Shown piece by piece: positions 34,604-43,114 of a DNA stretch of 64,000 bases (within the stretch, counting starts at the first letter, position 1; every line of letters starts with the position of its first letter). The translations under genes and the position numbers were made by a program. This stretch comes from Gammaproteobacteria bacterium. GTDB taxonomy: Bacteria > Pseudomonadota > Gammaproteobacteria > JAJDYQ01. The notes below the pieces were generated by a model. The model made no database searches. It was not told where the DNA came from and worked only from the letters and a program-made list of their open reading frames with translations. The stretch is from positions 1,903,742-1,967,741 of the forward strand of contig OY759969.1 of NCBI GenBank assembly GCA_963662865.1, given 5' to 3'.

Positions 34604-36075
34604 GACCCCTCCCGCTGAAACCGCTCAGGAATCTGGCGGTGCCAGTCCGTATGCCGTTGATACTGATGAGCGACATTCAGTAACCGGGCTTCATCAAAGA
34701 CATTCCCAATGAGATGCAAACCAACCGGAAGTCCCTGACTGAAACCACAGGGTATCGACATACCAGGCAAGCCGGTGAGATTAACGGCAATGGTATAAAT
34801 ATCCGATAAATACATCCCGATCGGATCATTGGCTTTTTCGCCCAGCTTAAAAGCCGTCTCCGGCGTCGTCGGCCCGACGATCAGATCAACATCGCCAAAT
34901 GCCTGTCTGAAATCATCTGCGATAACGCGCCGCACTTTCTGCGCCTTGAGGTAATAGGCATCGTAAAAACCGGCCGACAAGGTGTAGGTGCCCGTCATGA
35001 TACGGCGCTTTACCTCAGCACCAAAACCCTCGCCGCGCGAACGGGTGTACAGATCCGCCAGATCTCGCGGATTCCTACAGCGATAGCCAAACCGGACGCC
35101 ATCCATGCGCGACAGATTTGAAGAGCATTCAGCCGACGCAACCACGTAATAAGTGGCAACCGAAGCCTTCATACTGGGCAGGGTGATCTCCTTGACAGAT
35201 GCTCCCAGGGCCTCCAGTTGTTTAATTGCGGCCTGTACCTGCGCAGCCACCCCATCATCCAGACCTTCGTCAAAGAACTCCCTTGGCATACCGATCCTCA
35301 ATCCGCCAATGCCGTCGTCCAGTGTCGAGGCATAGTCAGGAACAGGATGATCGACGCTGGTGGAATCCCGGCGATCAAACCCGGCCATCACATTGAGTAC
35401 CAGGGCCGCATCCTGTGCATCGGCGGTAAAAGTGCCGGCCTGGTCCAGGCTGGAGGCAAAGGCAATCATGCCATAGCGGGAAATTCGGCCATAAGTCGGT
35501 TTCAGGCCGGTCACACCACAGAATGCCGCCGGTTGCCGAACGGAGCCACCCGTATCACTACCGGTCGTAACAGGTGCCAACCGGGCGGCCATAGCAGCCG
35601 CCGAACCGCCAGAAGAACCACCGGGCACCCGTTCGATATCCCATGGATTCCTTACCGAACCGTAATAGCTGTTCTCATTGGACGATCCCATGGCGAACTC
35701 GTCCATATTGGTCTTCCCCAGCATTACAAAGCCTGCCGCATTCAATTTTGCCACAACCGTCGCGTCATACGGAGCGATAAAGGTATCGAGCATTTTTGAA
35801 CCACAGGATGTACGTATCCCATCGGTACAAAAAACATCCTTATGCAGCAACGGGATGCCCGTTAACGGACCTGCGTCACCGGCAGCGAGCCGCTTATCAG
35901 CCCTGCTCGCGGCGGCAAGCGCCTGCTCACGGGTAAGTGTAATGACCGCGTTCAAGGACTCATTCGATGAGGAAATACGGTTCAGAAAATGCTGCGTCAA
36001 CTCGGTCGCAGAGTACTCCCTATCCCGCAGGCCCCTCGCTAGCCCAGCCACGGTCCTGGCATGCAGCTCAATCAT
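34600..36075 (-). CDS. gatA: Asp/Glu-tRNA amidotransferase subunit A
   Basis: 491 aa with amidase signature. Confidence 0.95.
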   Translation of the reverse strand: MIELHARTVAGLARGLRDREYSATELTQHFLNRISSSNESLNAVITLTREQALAAASRADKRLAAGDAGPLTGIPLLHKDVFCTDGIRTSCGSKMLDTFIAPYDATVVAKLNAAGFVMLGKTNMDEFAMGSSNENSYYGSVRNPWDIERVPGGSSGGSAAAMAARLAPVTTGSDTGGSVRQPAAFCGVTGLKPTYGRISRYGMIAFASSLDQAGTFTADAQDAALVLNVMAGFDRRDSTSVDHPVPDYASTLDDGIGGLRIGMPREFFDEGLDDGVAAQVQAAIKQLEALGASVKEITLPSMKASVATYYVVASAECSSNLSRMDGVRFGYRCRNPRDLADLYTRSRGEGFGAEVKRRIMTGTYTLSAGFYDAYYLKAQKVRRVIADDFRQAFGDVDLIVGPTTPETAFKLGEKANDPIGMYLSDIYTIAVNLTGLPGMSIPCGFSQGLPVGLHLIGNVFDEARLLNVAHQYQRHTDWHRQIPERFQREGS

Positions 36076-36365
36076 TCAATCACCTTCGGCACCAGATACA
36101 AACCAGATTCAACCACCGGAGCGATCCCCTGAAATCTCTCCCGCTGGTCTTTTTCCGTGACCTCATCGGCACGCAGACGCTGCACTGCGTCAATCGGATG
36201 CGCCATTGGCATGACGCCACGGGTATTGATCTCACTGAGCTGGCTTACCAGATCAAGCACCTGCGACAATTTTGTCACATACCGGGGGATATCCGCCTCA
36301 TCTATCTGTAGCCGGGCGAGCCCGGCGATGTTTCGGACATCTCCATCATTCAAAACCACCTTCAA
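36072..36365 (-). CDS. gatC: Asp/Glu-tRNA amidotransferase subunit C
   Basis: 97 aa, overlaps the gatA start. Confidence 0.9.
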   Translation of the reverse strand: MKVVLNDGDVRNIAGLARLQIDEADIPRYVTKLSQVLDLVSQLSEINTRGVMPMAHPIDAVQRLRADEVTEKDQRERFQGIAPVVESGLYLVPKVIE

Positions 36366-36553
36366 ATCTCCTCAAAAAACCGCAGTAAAAAACTGCTGGA
36401 ACGGTACCACAGCCTGGTGTTTTTAGCAGGGTAATCGACGAGGAAACCCTCCGCTCCGGCAATACTGACAATACCAGGACACCGAGTCGCCATACCGCCA
36501 TAAATGCGATAAACTCACCGCCCGCTAACAGCCGGACCGGTTTTGCAAGCACC

Positions 36554-36997
36554 ATGTCTGAAGACGACGACTCCACCGACAATACCGCCGTGGAACTGCA
36601 CAGTGGCATTATGGCGTTTGAAGCCAAACACTTCTCCCGCGCCATGCAACTGCTGCATCCCCTTGCGGAAGACGGCGACGCCGAAGCCCGGTATCGTGTA
36701 GCGGTCATGTATCAGGGCGGCCTGGGCATGGCAAGAAACGAGGCACAGGCATTCAGATGGATGCGGACTGCCGCCGAACAAGGCCACGCGCTTGCCCAGC
36801 ACGGCCTCGGATTCATGTACATGGAAGGAGAATGTGCGGCGCCAAATGCCGAACTGGCCGTCAAATGGTTTACCAGGGCGGCAGCTCAGGGGTTAGCGGG
36901 ATCACTGACCACCCTGGGCATGATGTACGAACAAGGGATCGGGGTTGAAAAAGACCCCGACAAAGCCCGGGAATACTATAAAAAAGCCGGGTTTTAA
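36554..36997 (+). CDS. Sel1-repeat (TPR-like) protein
   Basis: 147 aa with three Sel1-like repeats (A.A...LG.MY..G.GV..D...A..W...AA). Confidence 0.65.
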   Translation: MSEDDDSTDNTAVELHSGIMAFEAKHFSRAMQLLHPLAEDGDAEARYRVAVMYQGGLGMARNEAQAFRWMRTAAEQGHALAQHGLGFMYMEGECAAPNAELAVKWFTRAAAQGLAGSLTTLGMMYEQGIGVEKDPDKAREYYKKAGF

Positions 36998-37135
36998 GAA
37001 ATACTGAATACTGCTTATACGGTGAATTATCGTGGCTCTGGAGAGAGCACGGGCAAGCCCTCTCAGGACGACATATTCAAAGACGCCCTGAACACCTATG
37101 ATCACGTCAAGCAGCGGCATTACAGGATCGAATAA
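36998..37135 (+). pseudogene. Remnant of an alpha/beta-hydrolase (S33/ABHD-like) gene
   Basis: An open frame without a start encodes ..VNYRGSGESTGKPSQDDIFKDALNTYDHV.. This matches the conserved YRGYGxSxG..PSE..Y.DA.A..DYV segment that precedes the nucleophile elbow in ABHD-type hydrolases. The rest of the gene is absent. Confidence 0.3.
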
Positions 37136-37293
37136 TACTGCCCGCTCATGCCGAAAATCTGCTCGCAGCCATTCCCGACGCATGAGGTACTCAAATTACC
37201 ACTCCACAGGCACAACACCGCAATATCGAACAATCATCAGGCTACCTAAACGATATCATTACCCAATTGCTGGCTTCCTTGTGCCTATAAAGT

Positions 37294-37405
37294 AACAAAG
37301 TGAAATAAGCTCTATCTTATTTTACTTTTAATCAACAAAGTGAAATAAGCTCTATCTTATTTTACTTTTAATCAACAAAGTGAAATAATAATTTCTATAT
37401 TTCAC
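37294..37405. repeat. 40-bp tandem repeat (2 full copies plus a diverged third) carrying three GTGAAATA sites at 40/39-bp spacing. It ends in an inverted repeat GTGAAATA-N10-TATTTCAC 14 nt before the fic ATG
   Basis: AACAAAGTGAAATAAGCTCTATCTTATTTTACTTTTAATC appears twice, then AACAAAGTGAAATAATAATTTCTATATTTCAC. Confidence 0.9.
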
Positions 37406-37418
37406 TTTTTGAACATAC

Positions 37419-38561
37419 ATGGCCATTAAGTTAGAAAAATATCGGTCCGGGAAATTTCTTAAGGGAGCTCAGTATCAATTTTTCTTGCCTGCTCACATTA
37501 ATGAGAGTTGGAACTGGGATAGCCCACAAATCAATCAACTGGTTGAAAAAGCGGCAATCAGACTGGGAGAGCTGAATTCATATGCCCATCAGGTTCCCAA
37601 TATTGATCTTTTTATACAACTGCATGTCACCAAAGAGGCTGTGGTATCCAGCCGGATTGAAGGCACCAAAACCGATATAGACGAGGCGCTGCTGCCCGAG
37701 GAAGAAATCAATCCGCAGCGCCGAAACGACTGGAGAGAAGTCAAAAACTATATTCGGGCCATGAGCGAAGCCATACTGACGTTACGGGAGTTGCCATTAT
37801 CTTCGCGTTTATTAAAGCAGGCACACAGGGAACTACTCAGTAATGTTCGAGGGGAACACAAGTCTCCCGGTGAATTTCGCACCAGCCAGAACTGGATAGG
37901 TGGTATCAACCTGACGGATGCGGTATTCATTCCGCCCGAACATCAATATGTGCCCGAGTTGATGGGCGACCTGGAAAAATTTCTGCACAATACAGATATT
38001 CATATCCCGGAACTTATCCGTATTGCGATCGCACACTACCAGTTTGAAACCATACATCCCTTTCTGGATGGCAATGGAAGAATAGGCCGCCTGCTGATTA
38101 CTCTATTTCTCGTCAGCAAGGGTATCCTTGATCAGCCGTTGTTATACCTCTCCACATATTTTGAAAAAAACAGAGCCCTCTATTACGAAAATCTGATGAG
38201 AGTGCGGACACACAACGATATGTTGCAGTGGCTGAAATATTTTTTGTCTGGAGTGGAACAGACGGCTACCGAAGCCGTTAAGACACTGACCCGTATCATG
38301 GAGCTGAAAACCGGTATCGAACGTCAGATACATGGCGAGTTCGGAAGACGGGCCGCCAGTGCAACATTATTGCTGCAAGAGCTATTCAAACAACCCATAG
38401 TCAGTGTGGATCAGGTAGCAACATTCTGTAGTGTAAGCTATCGGCCAGCCAATAATCTGATTGCCCTGATGTGTGAGCACCGCATCCTCACGGAAATCAC
38501 CGGACAAAGCCGTAACAGGCTATTTGCATTTAAGCCCTATCTGGAAATTTTCAACATTTAA
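37419..38561 (+). CDS. fic: Fic family protein (class II AMPylase with internal inhibitory helix and C-terminal wHTH)
   Basis: Canonical HPFLDGNGRIGR Fic motif plus the inhibitory [ST]xxxE[GN] motif (SSRIEG). Low GC. Confidence 0.9.
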   Translation: MAIKLEKYRSGKFLKGAQYQFFLPAHINESWNWDSPQINQLVEKAAIRLGELNSYAHQVPNIDLFIQLHVTKEAVVSSRIEGTKTDIDEALLPEEEINPQRRNDWREVKNYIRAMSEAILTLRELPLSSRLLKQAHRELLSNVRGEHKSPGEFRTSQNWIGGINLTDAVFIPPEHQYVPELMGDLEKFLHNTDIHIPELIRIAIAHYQFETIHPFLDGNGRIGRLLITLFLVSKGILDQPLLYLSTYFEKNRALYYENLMRVRTHNDMLQWLKYFLSGVEQTATEAVKTLTRIMELKTGIERQIHGEFGRRAASATLLLQELFKQPIVSVDQVATFCSVSYRPANNLIALMCEHRILTEITGQSRNRLFAFKPYLEIFNI

Positions 38562-38779
38562 GGAAATTATGATTAAATCAGAGTTTCCTGCGATACAAGG
38601 ATGTATTGCCAAAAAGAATAACAAAAATCACATGGTTGTTTTCCGCGCTCTGACAAGTCCAGGATGGAGTTGTTCAGAGCTTCCTTAAGTACAGATAATC
38701 ACACCTGCCCGGCTATTTCAGCCAATGCCCTTGCGCCGGTGCTTCATCTTTCGATGCCTGTCGCCACAACCCTTCAAGA

Positions 38780-40135
38780 TCAGAACTGACGCACAAACCG
38801 CAACTCAAGACGGTTGCGGTCATAACCATACAACTGTGCATTTGAGTTGCGCCGCTCATTCACAAGCTGCAACTGCGGGCTGAAGCCATGCAGCGTGAAG
38901 GCGCGATTGGATGCCGAGAGGCGCACGATACGGGTGCGGTCCTCACGGGAAGAACCGTCTGTGAATGGAGACCAGTTGCCTTCGTATTCGGTACGGCGCA
39001 GCTCACCGCTTGCCCCCACCGTGAACCCCAGTGGCAGGGCCCGGGAAGCTCCCAGCCGCAGCCACAAGGCCCTGTTGCGCCATACCAGGGAATCAGGGCG
39101 CTCCCGCCCATAACCGAATGCGGCGTCGATGCGGGTTGTCGAGGTCGCCAGCCAGGAACCGCCCAGCGAGAACGCGGTGACCGGCCCATCCAGCCCTGTC
39201 CTGCGCTGATAACCGCGCCGATGCCAGGACAAGCGCATATAGGAGGTCAACCGGCGCGTCAGACGATGTTCGGCCTCCAGGCGCAGCCCATGTTCACGGC
39301 TGTGGGAGCGGCCGGCGAGCCAGCGGCGGCGCGTACCACCGAGCAGGCTGAACTCCGTTACCGGGCCTGCCAGCCAGCGTGGTCCGATCTGCGCCGATAC
39401 AAAGGTCTGATCAAAGTCCCTGCCGGCATATTCACGCCGGGCCAGATCGACACCGGTGCGCAGCCGCCAGCGTTCGCCCAGCGGATATTGATACTCGCCG
39501 CCGCCCCAGAACACCATCCCGATACCGGACTGCTCATCCGAGCTGTCATCGAGGCGAAACGGCAGGCCGCCGATCTCAATGACCTCTTCACCGGAGGAGG
39601 CGTTCAGGTTGCTGTCGGGGGCCAGTGAGATGCCAAAGTAGCTGCTCCAGCGGCGCCGCTCGCGGATCGCGTTCAGGAAACGATGGACATTAGACGCGAC
39701 CGCGGCCCCGGGTCGGCCGGCCAGCACGCGCTCGAACTGCCGCTGCGCCAACTCGTCCTCACCCTTCAGGAAAAGTGCCTGCGCCAGCTCCAACCTGACC
39801 CGCACCAGTTCAGGCCGGTCAATCAGGATGGTGTGATAGGCCGTGATTGCCTCATCCAGCAGGGCATCCCCGGCGTCCGCCTCGATATCCGGCTGCCGGG
39901 ATGCGCGGGACGCCGCCAGACCGAGCAGGAACAGCACATCGGTCTGGTCTGCATGGTCGGCTGCCAGCGGACGCAGGATCGACAATGCCTCGTCAAAGCG
40001 CCTGTCTTTAATCAGGGTCCGCGCCTGATTGACCTGGGGGTCGGATGACAGATGTTCACGGCCTTCCGCAGCCAGGGCAGTGGACGGATACAGCAGCGCC
40101 AGGGCGATCAGCACACCGGCCAGCGGCTTGGTCAT
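38780..40135 (-). CDS. Slam-like outer-membrane protein (surface lipoprotein assembly modifier, TPR N-domain plus DUF560 beta-barrel)
   Basis: 451 aa. Signal peptide, TPR-like periplasmic region, and a C-terminal amphipathic beta-strand region ending ..LELRFVRQF (terminal Phe). Lies adjacent to a TbpB-like lipoprotein gene. Confidence 0.6.
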   Translation of the reverse strand: MTKPLAGVLIALALLYPSTALAAEGREHLSSDPQVNQARTLIKDRRFDEALSILRPLAADHADQTDVLFLLGLAASRASRQPDIEADAGDALLDEAITAYHTILIDRPELVRVRLELAQALFLKGEDELAQRQFERVLAGRPGAAVASNVHRFLNAIRERRRWSSYFGISLAPDSNLNASSGEEVIEIGGLPFRLDDSSDEQSGIGMVFWGGGEYQYPLGERWRLRTGVDLARREYAGRDFDQTFVSAQIGPRWLAGPVTEFSLLGGTRRRWLAGRSHSREHGLRLEAEHRLTRRLTSYMRLSWHRRGYQRRTGLDGPVTAFSLGGSWLATSTTRIDAAFGYGRERPDSLVWRNRALWLRLGASRALPLGFTVGASGELRRTEYEGNWSPFTDGSSREDRTRIVRLSASNRAFTLHGFSPQLQLVNERRNSNAQLYGYDRNRLELRFVRQF

Positions 40136-40196
40136 GGAGAATATACGCGATAGACGGGGCGGCCAGCCGCCCCGCCTTTATACGAACAGGTAGAGA

Positions 40197-41594
40197 TTAC
40201 TGTCTGTGTGCACCGAAGGCACCCAGCAGGCTGGCGCTATCATCAGCAGCCCCCGCACCGAATGTCCCGGCCACTGAACCTGGATGATCGGTGGCGCTGT
40301 CGCCATTACTATAGAATTGACCGCCCCATCGGCCGGTGAAGGCGCTGCCGTCAAACGTCATGCTGGTAGCGCCAGTGAAGAATCCGGAGCCTGCACTACC
40401 GATATTGGCCGTCCCCAGCGTTAATACCGGATCCCCGGTAACAGCGTTACCGTCCTCCGTGACAGTATGGATCCGTCCATTAATGGTGCCAAGGGCAGAA
40501 CTATTACCAAAATTAGCCGTCAGCGTGGCAAGGGCATCGACGTAACGGATCTCCGATACGTCGGTATATACGCCGGTTGCCACTCCGTCGTAGGTTGCCG
40601 TGCCGGTCAGCCCGGCGATATTGGCCTGCGTGAACGGGTCACTGCCATCCGCAAAGGCACCAACCGTGACATCGCTAGCGCTCTCCGCGTCGTTGGGAAT
40701 GTACAACCAGATCCCGCCCGCTAGATAGTCGGTGTCTGGAGTGGTCCTGACTATTGTGGCAGGGACGAAAATCCAGTTGCCTGTAAGTGAACTCAATCTC
40801 CCGTTGCTTGTGCCACGTCCGCATAAGTCGCTTAGGCATCTGAAATATCCACTCTGACCATTGTACGTGCCAACGGTTCGATCCGTATCAAACCGCCCGG
40901 TAAACACTACACCGGAAACTCCGGAAATGTCGGTCGAGCCTGGCGGCCGGTCAGGCGTGAACATCCATGCCCCGGCGGTCGTTCGACCATTGACATACGC
41001 GCACGAAGCGGCGCAGGAAAATGTGCCTGATTGACCGTCTAGCGTACCTCCGAAACTCGTAGAACCGCCAACGCTTAACGATACCCCACTAGTGGCAACC
41101 AACGTTCCCGCAGAGACGTCTACGGTGCCGTCGTTGCCAGCCCCCAGCTGCTGCTCAGGCGCTTCGATATCGGAATAGATATCGACATATAAGTCACCGT
41201 CGTCGCCATCAAAGCGCAACCCGGAACCCTTGAACCCTAAGTCCCTGGCGTTTTCTACTATTGGGTATGAGGTATTAAGAGCGGCGTCGGACGACCCGAA
41301 GCTAATGGTGCTGTCATCTTCATCAGTTACAGTTATCATGTAGCTGTTCTGGCGCTCTCCGTACGTCACTGTTATGTCTACAGCATCAGTCGTGACACCA
41401 CTATTAACGTTTGACGACTGCGTGACAGAACCACGGTTGGGCGTTGCACTGGCAGCCACTGATGATCGCTCCATCCTATACTCCTGCTCAGCCTCAGTCA
41501 GGTTGTCAAGCGGACGTACTACACCGCTGCCACCACCGCCACCACCGCCACCGCCACCACAGCCGGACAGCGCGAGCGCCGCGACTGTAATCAT
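40197..41594 (-). CDS. Surface lipoprotein with TbpB/fHbp-type C-terminal beta-barrel handle (putative Slam substrate)
   Basis: ATG at 41594 gives MITVAALALSGC (lipobox). This is followed by an 11-Gly linker and a beta-rich body ending ..SLLGAFGAHRQ (TbpB-like C-terminal motif). The ORF-track start at 41828 is a TTG inside or upstream of the repeat and is not favoured. Confidence 0.55.
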   Translation of the reverse strand: MITVAALALSGCGGGGGGGGGGSGVVRPLDNLTEAEQEYRMERSSVAASATPNRGSVTQSSNVNSGVTTDAVDITVTYGERQNSYMITVTDEDDSTISFGSSDAALNTSYPIVENARDLGFKGSGLRFDGDDGDLYVDIYSDIEAPEQQLGAGNDGTVDVSAGTLVATSGVSLSVGGSTSFGGTLDGQSGTFSCAASCAYVNGRTTAGAWMFTPDRPPGSTDISGVSGVVFTGRFDTDRTVGTYNGQSGYFRCLSDLCGRGTSNGRLSSLTGNWIFVPATIVRTTPDTDYLAGGIWLYIPNDAESASDVTVGAFADGSDPFTQANIAGLTGTATYDGVATGVYTDVSEIRYVDALATLTANFGNSSALGTINGRIHTVTEDGNAVTGDPVLTLGTANIGSAGSGFFTGATSMTFDGSAFTGRWGGQFYSNGDSATDHPGSVAGTFGAGAADDSASLLGAFGAHRQ

Positions 41595-41599
41595 CGCTA

Positions 41600-41869
41600 T
41601 TACGATGTTATAATATTGCTGATTGCTGATTGCTGATTGCTGATTGCTGATTGCTGATTGCTGATTGCTGATTGCTGATTGCTGATTGCTGATTGCTGAT
41701 TGCTGATTGCTGATTGCTGATTGCTGATTGCTGATTGCTGATTGCTGATTGCTGATTGCTGATTGCTGATTGCTGATTGCTGATTGCTGATTGCTGATTG
41801 CATTATCTTGTTCCCCCTTAGGCTCCAAGCTAAAATATACATAAATATCAGGCTGAGAAAATTCCGCAT
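41600..41869 (-). CDS. Leader ORF reading through the heptanucleotide repeat. Hydrophobic N-terminus MRNFLSLIFMYILAWSLRG followed by (SAISNQQ)n
   Basis: ATG-initiated. It stops 5 nt before the lipoprotein ATG with 26 repeat copies, and would fuse in-frame with 27 copies. Confidence 0.25.
   Translation of the reverse strand: MRNFLSLIFMYILAWSLRGNKIMQSAISNQQSAISNQQSAISNQQSAISNQQSAISNQQSAISNQQSAISNQQSAISNQQSAISNIITS
41617..41798. repeat. Perfect heptanucleotide SSR, 26 x TGCTGAT (ATCAGCA on the coding strand)
   Basis: Directly visible. 182 bp (not a multiple of 3), with no stop codon in any frame. Confidence 0.97.
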
Positions 41870-42031
41870 CGGCCTGCCTTGTGCTGCTATTGTTGAACAG
41901 TGTAGCGCACTCCTAACAGAATACCCATAAAAAATTCAGGAACCACATTGATTCGCGCACATGAAACAGGCCCACTGGCTGGTTGGTGCAAAAACGTAAG
42001 GAATTCTGAGCCGGTCAGGGCTTCCTTGCCG

Positions 42032-43093
42032 CTATCGCTCGTCCAACCAGTCACCAATCGCAGGTGGTATGCTCCTCTGTGCCTTGCCGCTGACATAGAT
42101 GCCGATATGACCGCCCGGGAATGACAGCTCGGTATAGTCCTTACTGCCGATTTTCTTTTTCAGCGCCTTGCTTGCGCCCGGTGGCACCAGATGGTCCTGT
42201 TCGGCATAGATATTCAGTACCGGCATTCGGATGTTTTTCAGTTTAACCTGCGTATCCCCGATAACCACTTCGTCACTCATCAGCTTGTTACCCTGGAAAA
42301 AGTCCTTGATAAACTGACGATAGGCCTCTCCGGCCTGGTCCGGGCTGTCGAATATCCACTTTTCCATACGCATGAAGTTCTTCAGCGCATCCGGGTTATC
42401 CATCAGGTCAACAACGCCCAGATATTTCTGCCCCATCAGCGCATAGGGCTTCAGGTTCAGGAACGTCCAGTTCAACAGGTCACCGGGGATATTGCCACAG
42501 GTATCCACCAGCAGGTCGATATCGACATTCTGCACCCAGTGGCTCAGCATATTGTCTTTGGTATGGAAATCAACCGGTGTCACCATGGTAATGAGATTTC
42601 TTATTTTTTCAGAGGACATGGCGCTGTAACATAAGCTGAAGGTACCGCCCTGACAGATACCGAGCAGGTTGATTTTCTCGACATCATGTCGGCCTCTGAG
42701 CACATCAACACAGTCATCAATGTAGCCGTTAATGTAATCATCCAGGTCCAGGTAACGATCACCTGCGTCGGGATAGCCCCAGTCAATCAGATAGACATCC
42801 TGACCTGCATCCAGCAATCCTCTGATAAGAGAACGGCCTTCCTGCAAATCCGCCATGTAAGGACGATTAACCAGCGCATAGACGATTAATAACGGCGTCT
42901 TGCCGGTCGCCTTGTTTTCAGACTGATAGCGATAAAGCACCAGCCTGTCGTCGCGGTAAATCTCCTCACGGGGCGTTACCCCGGATGAAATTTCACCTGT
43001 TTCCATCAGGCTGTGTACGCCTTTGGCAAATTTTTCATTGAACTGACGGACTTCGTTTAATATGTCCTGCGGTTTGATATTGATTGGATTCAT
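42032..43093 (-). CDS. phaC: Class III poly(R)-hydroxyalkanoate synthase subunit PhaC
   Basis: 353 aa. Lipase box GICQGG and near-collinearity with Allochromatium-type PhaC (..LIVYALVNRPYM..GQDVYLIDWGYPD..). Confidence 0.9.
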   Translation of the reverse strand: MNPINIKPQDILNEVRQFNEKFAKGVHSLMETGEISSGVTPREEIYRDDRLVLYRYQSENKATGKTPLLIVYALVNRPYMADLQEGRSLIRGLLDAGQDVYLIDWGYPDAGDRYLDLDDYINGYIDDCVDVLRGRHDVEKINLLGICQGGTFSLCYSAMSSEKIRNLITMVTPVDFHTKDNMLSHWVQNVDIDLLVDTCGNIPGDLLNWTFLNLKPYALMGQKYLGVVDLMDNPDALKNFMRMEKWIFDSPDQAGEAYRQFIKDFFQGNKLMSDEVVIGDTQVKLKNIRMPVLNIYAEQDHLVPPGASKALKKKIGSKDYTELSFPGGHIGIYVSGKAQRSIPPAIGDWLDER

Positions 43094-43114
43094 GTCTGTT
43101 CTCCACCCGTATGG

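Noticed and set aside
38888-39628. 246-aa plus-strand ORF and others antisense to the Slam-like gene
   Set aside because: These are GC-rich shadow ORFs. The minus frame has a signal peptide, TPR and barrel features.
41617-41798. Possible CRISPR array (heptamer repeat and the 40-bp repeats at 37294..37373)
   Set aside because: No unique spacers separate the repeats, the units are far too short or have no spacer structure, and there are no cas genes. These are simple tandem repeats.
40197-41828. 543-aa version of the lipoprotein ORF starting MEPKGEQDN(AISNQQS)n
   Set aside because: The start is a TTG with no signal peptide, which would bury the lipobox about 80 aa inside the protein. The internal ATG at 41594 gives a proper lipoprotein N-terminus. 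The upstream frame is discussed as part of the SSR switch instead.
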